DNA of 64,000 nucleotides from Planctomycetota bacterium (GTDB lineage Bacteria; Planctomycetota; GCA-002687715; CAIWVZ01): NCBI GenBank assembly GCA_044222185.1, contig JBGANV010000002.1, positions 282,061 to 346,060 of the forward strand, read 5' to 3'. Shown piece by piece: positions 58,826 to 64,000 of this stretch (position 1 is its first letter; each line of letters starts with the position of its first letter). The notes under the pieces were generated by a model. It saw only the letters and a program-made list of their open reading frames with translations, ran no database searches and was not told where the DNA came from. The position numbers and the translations under genes were made by a program.

Positions 58826-60460
58826 TCACTGCGGTTCCGCGACGAATGGGACGGCGAACCGTGTCGGCGAACTGGCCTTCACCTTCACGTCGAAATGGAT
58901 CTCGCCGACCCCCGACTTCGCCACCCATGCGTCAGGGGCAGCGATCGAGTACTTCCTGGTCCTCCCCGTGACGTCGTTCGCGTTCACGACGACCCCCTGG
59001 CCATCGGCCGATACCGCGACGATCTCGGCCCCCTCGGGAACGTCCACCGTGAACTCGCCCGACCAGCCGTGGTCGACCGTTCTCGCGAGGCGAACCACGT
59101 CCGGCGTCACGCCGAGTGGCTGAACGACGTTCCAGCGCACGACGGTGTCGAGGCTCGTCTGCCCGACGTATGCCGTGATCGCCGCCGACCCAGGTCCAAG
59201 TCCGAACGGCTTCACCACGACCTCGGCCATCGTCGCCGTCGGAAGTTCGGCGACGGGGATTTCCGTCCTTCCATCCGTTCGGATGACCAGCGTCCCGGCA
59301 CGCTCGACGACCCACGAGATCGGTCCGATCGTCGCCGACGGCCCCGCCAGGGCGCGTGCACCGTCCGTGAAATGGAGCAGGACCTTCCGCGACGACTCGA
59401 CGCCAGGCGGGATGTCTCCGAGGTCGATGCTGCCTGCGAGTTCGAGGCCCTGCACGCGGGCGGCCGGCAGATGAACGGTCACCGTCGTGAGCTTCCCGTC
59501 GTCCTGCCGGAAGAACACCAGGATCGTCCGGGGCGTGTTCGCGACCTCGACATCGAGCGTGCAGACGCGTCGCTCGCCTGGTTCGAGCGGCTTGTCCGTG
59601 TGAAAGACGTAGGACGCGCACGTGCAGGACGCGAGCACGCGGTCGAACTTCACCGGCGACGGGGACTCGTTGACGACCGTGATGTCGTACTTCTGCCGTC
59701 CGATGAGCTTGGTGTCGACGGTGATGTCGAGGCCTGGCTCGAAGCGGAGACCACCGGTGTGTCCCGGCCGGCAGCCACCGAGTGCGACCGTCACCGCGGC
59801 GACCGCTGCCACGACTGCCGGACGAAGGCGGAGGTGGCGGAACTGCCACGCGAGTCCGAGGGCTCCCATCGCGAGGAGGGCAAGCGAGATCCCGCGGCCC
59901 CAGGTCATGCGTGGTGGGACTTCGCACAGCAGCATGGCGGGCAGCAGGTCACCTTTGAACTTCGGCCAGTACGATCCACCGGCGAACATCGGCGGATCGA
60001 AGTAGTCGACGCGGTCTCCCCCCGTTCCTCGAATCACGAGGAAGTGGGCCGGGTTGTCTCCACCGGCGGGGTGTCGGCGGGCGACGATCGCGATCTGATC
60101 CGCGGATGGAGCCTCGATGGGCCGCGCCGTCGCGCGAACTCCGTGCTGGCCCAGAACGCGCTGGATGTCGGCCATCGAGCAAAGGCCCGAAGCGCCGATC
60201 CCGAGTTCCTTCTTCAACTCGTCGAAGCCTGGAGAGGCAACGTTCAGCAAGGACAGCGCGACGCCGGCGGAATAGGCGCCGCAGTCCTGCTCGAGAACGG
60301 CGCCGCGCGGGGTGGCGGTCTCCTGGCCCAAGCCAGCGACGACGACTAGCGCGAGAGCGAGCGCCGACCGGAGCGAGATGCACGCGAGCCATCCGTCCTC
60401 TCGCATGGCGCGGCGTGCACGAGCAATCTGAGGGGTCGATGTTGAGAACATGGGGTTCAC
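58826..60460 (-). CDS. Membrane protein with an N-terminal C39-like papain-fold peptidase domain, then TM helices, a DUF1573 domain (SC[TG]C motif) and further beta-sandwich domains
   Basis: GAGGTG ribosome-binding site. C39-like stretch LEQDCGAYSAGVALSLLNV...HFLVIRG. TM helices ISLALLAMGALGLAWQF and AVVAAVAAVTVALGG. DUF1573-like stretch KFDRVLASCTCASYVFH. An alternative start at 60406 (MREDGWLACISL...) is possible. Confidence 0.5.
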   Translation of the reverse strand: MNPMFSTSTPQIARARRAMREDGWLACISLRSALALALVVVAGLGQETATPRGAVLEQDCGAYSAGVALSLLNVASPGFDELKKELGIGASGLCSMADIQRVLGQHGVRATARPIEAPSADQIAIVARRHPAGGDNPAHFLVIRGTGGDRVDYFDPPMFAGGSYWPKFKGDLLPAMLLCEVPPRMTWGRGISLALLAMGALGLAWQFRHLRLRPAVVAAVAAVTVALGGCRPGHTGGLRFEPGLDITVDTKLIGRQKYDITVVNESPSPVKFDRVLASCTCASYVFHTDKPLEPGERRVCTLDVEVANTPRTILVFFRQDDGKLTTVTVHLPAARVQGLELAGSIDLGDIPPGVESSRKVLLHFTDGARALAGPSATIGPISWVVERAGTLVIRTDGRTEIPVAELPTATMAEVVVKPFGLGPGSAAITAYVGQTSLDTVVRWNVVQPLGVTPDVVRLARTVDHGWSGEFTVDVPEGAEIVAVSADGQGVVVNANDVTGRTRKYSIAAPDAWVAKSGVGEIHFDVKVKASSPTRFAVPFVAEPQ

Positions 60461-60497
60461 CTCGCATGAGTCCCGAAGAGCACCGCGTCCACCCGTC

Positions 60498-62870
60498 TCA
60501 GGGCGACGTCTGGAGCACGCAGCGCACCGCCGCGGGCCACGTCGCCTGGATGGTTCGTGCCGCCGGCATCAGCCAGCGCGACGCGAGATCGAGCGATCGA
60601 ACGGGCCATCGGCCGATGCGGTCAACGAGAAGGCGGCACTGCGCAGTCGCCGTTACACCTTCGGGGGCGAGATCGTGAGTGTCGCGAGCCGGCACGGCCC
60701 GGAGGCCCGACGGCCCGCTCCTCACCTCGCGAACGTCGAGCGTCGGACCGCCGACGCAGACGAGGACCGGCATCACGGGATGGCAGCCCAGCAGGAGCGA
60801 GTCGCCCGTTCGGAGGACGGGCGCCAACATCACCCCGCAATCGAGGTCGTAGGCCGCCAAGACCAGCTCGTGCTCGAGGAGCGGTCCGTCGAGCTGGACC
60901 CGCTGTTGCGCGCTGCTTTCCGGAAGTTGCCAATCGCCACGCGTGGGTAGCTCAGAGCCTGGAACGAAGAGCGCGGTGGAACCGCAGCGCAGGCGAAGTC
61001 CCTGGCCCCCGCATCGGCGGACTCGCAAGGTCCCCGATGGATCCGTCCGGACGACCGCCTCGTGAAACGCGACCGCAGGTACGACCGACACGACGACGTC
61101 GCAGGATGCGAGGGGCGCTCCACCGTGGCCCCTGATGGTGATCTCGAGAGCCGGGCCCGCATCTCCGCCGACCCGGCCCAGGTCGACGACGGCGTCCGTC
61201 TCGACGTTCACCTTGCGAGACCAGAGGCTCCCATCGTCGAAGCGCGCCGCGACGACGTACTCACCCGGCGTGAGAGCGTCGAAGCGGAACGCCGTTCGGG
61301 GCTCCACACGGCGCTCCCTGTGCATCGTCGACCACGCATCCGCGGTGGGAATCACCGCGACGACACCGGACGCCCCGGCAACTCCGCAGACGCTGCCCGC
61401 ACCGACGTCGTCGAGCGAGATCTGCGCCGTCTCTCCGTCTCGGACGACGAGTCGGCGGGAGACGCCCAGGCCATCCACGACCAGGGTGTAGGTGCCCGGC
61501 GGAAGCCAGTATTCGCGCGCATTCCCATCGATGCGATTCGCCGCTGCGACGGCCCCATACCTCGTTTCCAGGAGGGCGAGGCGGCGTGACTCCAATCGTG
61601 ACGGGTCCGCGCTCGTGACGCGAACGCGCCCGCCGAAGTCACCGAGCTCGATGGCGCGCGGCGCAGCGGACGCGAGCGCACCGACCTGGAAGGGTCGACT
61701 CACGCCTTGGAATCCAAAGAATCGGACGGGATCCGTGGGATCGGGCCGGCGGCCGAGCACGACCGTGACGAGGCCATCGCCGTCCGTCCGCGCCTTCACC
61801 AGCTCCGCGCCGATCGACGCCTGGACGATTCCGTGGGAGATCGACTGCGCCCCCGTGACGAGTCGAGCGCGCAGCGCTTCGATCGCGCCGAATTCCAGGA
61901 ATGCGACGCGACCCTCGTCGGCGTCCGTCGGTGTCGCGTTCGCGCGGATCACGGCAGCGCCGTTCATGCGGACGGCACCCGTGATCGTCCGAGTCTCGGG
62001 GTCCTGGACCTCGAGCATTCCCATCCCGAACCTCAGGTCGACGGGGCCGCGGCCCACGGACACCGAATCGGCTTGGATGTCGACATCGGTGAGCGTCGTG
62101 TGCTCGAAGCTCGCCAAGGCTGGAACGCTGACCGTCACGGCAAGGACGCGCGTCGCCTGGATTCGGATCAGCAGGTCCGTCTCACCGGGCGTCACACGCT
62201 CGCGGACGCGCACGATCCCATCCCGAGTCGCCTCGACGAATGCGGAATCGAACGAACGGACGCCCTCGTACCGGAACGCGCCCTGCGCGTCCGCGGTCGT
62301 TGGATACATCCGGTCGGACGTGACGAGCGCGATCCGGGCCCCACCCGCGGGAGCACCGGCGGCGTCGACGACTCGGCCGGCGACGGACGTCGACCCCTTC
62401 AGCCCGACGACGACGCGATTCTGCCCGCAGTCGAGCGACAGATTCCGTTCCGCATCGGCGTAGCGGTGATGACGCACGACGAGCCGCACGCAATCGTCGA
62501 CGCGCTCGACGTCGAGTCGCGCCCGGCCGGCTCCGTCGGTGAGCGCGATCGGTGGCGCGGATGGGGGATTCGAGAAGCTCGCAACGACGGTGGCTCCTTC
62601 GATCGGGTCGAGGGTCGATTCGTCGCGGACGACGACGTCGATCGACCCGCTACCGGGGCCAGCGAACGGTCGCGGGCGCACGGATGCCGCGGTCGGGTGT
62701 CTCCACGTGTCCGTCGCGCTCGCAAGGTCGCCGAGCGCAGCGGACGGAGACGGGAGGTCGGTCCGCGTCGGCGCCGACCCGGTGTCGTCCATCACGGCGG
62801 CCGTCGCCAGGAGCGTTGCAACGAGTGCCGCGGCCGGGAGCCACGTCACCGCGCGAGGTCGTTTCGTCAT
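60498..62870 (-). CDS. Secreted multi-domain protein of repeated carboxypeptidase-regulatory-like beta-sandwich domains; a paralog in architecture of 48495..51170
   Basis: AGGAGG ribosome-binding site, then MTKRPRAVTWLPAAALVATLLATAAVM (signal peptide). Recurring IxGxVxDxxGAPxxGAxV-type blocks (IDVVVRDESTLDPIEGATVVASF, VAGRVVDAAGAPAGGARIALV, ITGAVRMNGAAV...). The ORF-track extension to 63149 is rejected. Confidence 0.55.
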   Translation of the reverse strand: MTKRPRAVTWLPAAALVATLLATAAVMDDTGSAPTRTDLPSPSAALGDLASATDTWRHPTAASVRPRPFAGPGSGSIDVVVRDESTLDPIEGATVVASFSNPPSAPPIALTDGAGRARLDVERVDDCVRLVVRHHRYADAERNLSLDCGQNRVVVGLKGSTSVAGRVVDAAGAPAGGARIALVTSDRMYPTTADAQGAFRYEGVRSFDSAFVEATRDGIVRVRERVTPGETDLLIRIQATRVLAVTVSVPALASFEHTTLTDVDIQADSVSVGRGPVDLRFGMGMLEVQDPETRTITGAVRMNGAAVIRANATPTDADEGRVAFLEFGAIEALRARLVTGAQSISHGIVQASIGAELVKARTDGDGLVTVVLGRRPDPTDPVRFFGFQGVSRPFQVGALASAAPRAIELGDFGGRVRVTSADPSRLESRRLALLETRYGAVAAANRIDGNAREYWLPPGTYTLVVDGLGVSRRLVVRDGETAQISLDDVGAGSVCGVAGASGVVAVIPTADAWSTMHRERRVEPRTAFRFDALTPGEYVVAARFDDGSLWSRKVNVETDAVVDLGRVGGDAGPALEITIRGHGGAPLASCDVVVSVVPAVAFHEAVVRTDPSGTLRVRRCGGQGLRLRCGSTALFVPGSELPTRGDWQLPESSAQQRVQLDGPLLEHELVLAAYDLDCGVMLAPVLRTGDSLLLGCHPVMPVLVCVGGPTLDVREVRSGPSGLRAVPARDTHDLAPEGVTATAQCRLLVDRIGRWPVRSLDLASRWLMPAARTIQATWPAAVRCVLQTSP

Positions 62871-62970
62871 GTTCCCCTCCTGGGCCGCGGGGAGCGACGC
62901 GTCGCGGGTCACCGGCGCATCGCCCACCGCCGACGTCGAGGACGGACGCCCCGATCGAGCCGTCACGAGT

Positions 62971-63489
62971 TCAGCCGCAGCTGAAGGCCGCACACGGCAT
63001 GGTCGCGTTCGGGACGGGAACGCACGCCGCGCCGATGCAGAGGTGCGTCGTCTTGCCGGGTGCGCACGTGACTCCGGAGTCCGTCGCGGTGATCGTGCAG
63101 CTCCCCTGCCCGGCCGTTCCGCAGTCCAGGATCGTCGCGTTCGGGTCACACGAGCTCGGCTCGTTCGAGGTGGTGCAGAACTTCACGTACTTCTCGTTGT
63201 TGCAACCACTCGATGGACACGTCTGCTGCGTGTAGGGGCACGGTCCGCACGAACGCGTGTTCTTGTTGCAGTACGAGCCGCGCTGCATCCAGGACGTGCA
63301 GCTCTCGTTGCCTGGCCAGCACTGCTTGTACACGAGCGTCAAGCCGCCTCCGGCGACCTGCCCGCCGATGATCCCGCCGAGCGACAGACCGTCCTTCGAA
63401 TCCGGGCCGCTCTCCGGTGCGCCATTCATCAGGCCAAGAACGCCCGAAATGACCAACGCCGCACTCGCGACGAACTTGATGGAATTCAT
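62971..63489 (-). CDS. Small Sec-secreted cysteine-rich protein (16 Cys in ~145 mature residues) with a Gly-rich N-terminal segment
   Basis: GGAGGA ribosome-binding site, then MNSIKFVASAALVISGVLGLMNGAPESG. The mature region begins DSKDGLSLGGIIGGQVAGGGLTLVYKQCWPGNESCTSW...CGPCPY...CPSSGCNN... and ends ...MPCAAFSCG. It is the first gene of the co-oriented minus-strand cluster and sits downstream of a 430-bp non-coding region. Confidence 0.5.
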   Translation of the reverse strand: MNSIKFVASAALVISGVLGLMNGAPESGPDSKDGLSLGGIIGGQVAGGGLTLVYKQCWPGNESCTSWMQRGSYCNKNTRSCGPCPYTQQTCPSSGCNNEKYVKFCTTSNEPSSCDPNATILDCGTAGQGSCTITATDSGVTCAPGKTTHLCIGAACVPVPNATMPCAAFSCG

Positions 63490-63921
63490 GTGATCCTCCG
63501 CACGTGAGCCGCCGGACTGAATGGATGGACGGCGAGCGGGCGTCCCGCCATGCACGTTGGCTCAGCGGCGGCGTTGGCGGCCCGTCGATGCACGCACGTC
63601 CCGACACCGAGGCCCACGCCGACCATCGGCGTCTGTGCTCGGGTCGTCTGTAGAGGCGTCGAAGCACGTCGGGCGTTACTGCGGAACCATCGTCGGTGTC
63701 TCGAATCCTCGACACGGCCGCCCGGCCGCGCCAAAGGGATGCTGAGCTCGATCCCACGGTCCGAAGAGTCGCGATCGAGTGGCCCGACGCGCAGTTGCGC
63801 GTCGCGATCGGTCACCCGGCGAGAGATCGTCCGCGTGGTCGACACCGTGGTTCGGCGAGCTCCGTCCGAGCCGGCTCGAAGCGGGCGCAGTGCCGGCGCC
63901 GGCCGCGCAGCGCAACGCTCC

Positions 63922-64000
63922 CTATTTCGAGAACTTGTTGGCCTTGCGATTGCCGAGTCGAAGCTTGTCCTCGAGATGCGAGCGAAGCGCGGCGTAGAAG
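63922..64000 (-). CDS. 3' end of a gene on the minus strand (partial; C-terminus ...FYAALRSHLEDKLRLGNRKANKFSK)
   Basis: An open frame runs off the window edge and ends with a stop (cta on the plus strand at 63922-63924). It is too short to identify. Confidence 0.3.
   Translation of the reverse strand, partial: FYAALRSHLEDKLRLGNRKANKFSK

Overview
The window is a very GC-rich (about 70% by eye) bacterial chromosomal segment. Coding density is high, Shine-Dalgarno sites are of the GGAG/GGAGG type, and several adjacent genes share ATGA or GTGA stop/start overlaps. Gene content is typical of a soil or sediment heterotroph such as Acidobacteria, Gemmatimonadota or Myxococcota, but the phylum cannot be assigned from sequence alone. 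The genes encode many Sec- or TAT-secreted hydrolases and peptidases (M16, M61, S9, C45-like, several alpha/beta hydrolases, purple-acid-phosphatase-like phosphoesterases), and two Hanks-type Ser/Thr kinases with TPR tails. They also encode an ECF sigma factor, a TetR regulator, and a GAF-domain sigma-54 enhancer-binding protein that sits beside a -24/-12 promoter with upstream palindromes. Further genes encode an IorAB-type molybdenum hydroxylase with a partner c-type cytochrome, a Met-rich multicopper oxidase, a cytochrome c peroxidase, P5C dehydrogenase, and rhamnose mutarotase with a lactonase. There are no rRNA genes, CRISPR arrays, transposases or integrases; tRNA genes were not systematically searched for by eye. 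Three features are not explained by ordinary genes. (1) A modular family of hairpin-rich intergenic repeats occurs at four loci, including a tandem array of about 7 copies of a ~177-bp unit at the window start. (2) Several large secreted proteins are built from internal tandem repeats: 5 x ~200 aa, 3 x ~125 aa, and multi-CarboxypepD_reg paralogs. (3) A co-oriented five-gene cluster on the minus strand (56818-63489) encodes a Sec-secreted 16-Cys small protein, a multi-CarboxypepD_reg protein, a C39-like peptidase/DUF1573 membrane protein, a secreted protein with a C-terminal anchor, and a MauE-thioredoxin membrane oxidoreductase translationally coupled by a GTGA overlap. Cluster (3) is my best candidate for a previously undescribed system, possibly secretion and oxidative folding of a disulfide-rich peptide. 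All functional calls come from motif recognition by eye; no database searches were run.
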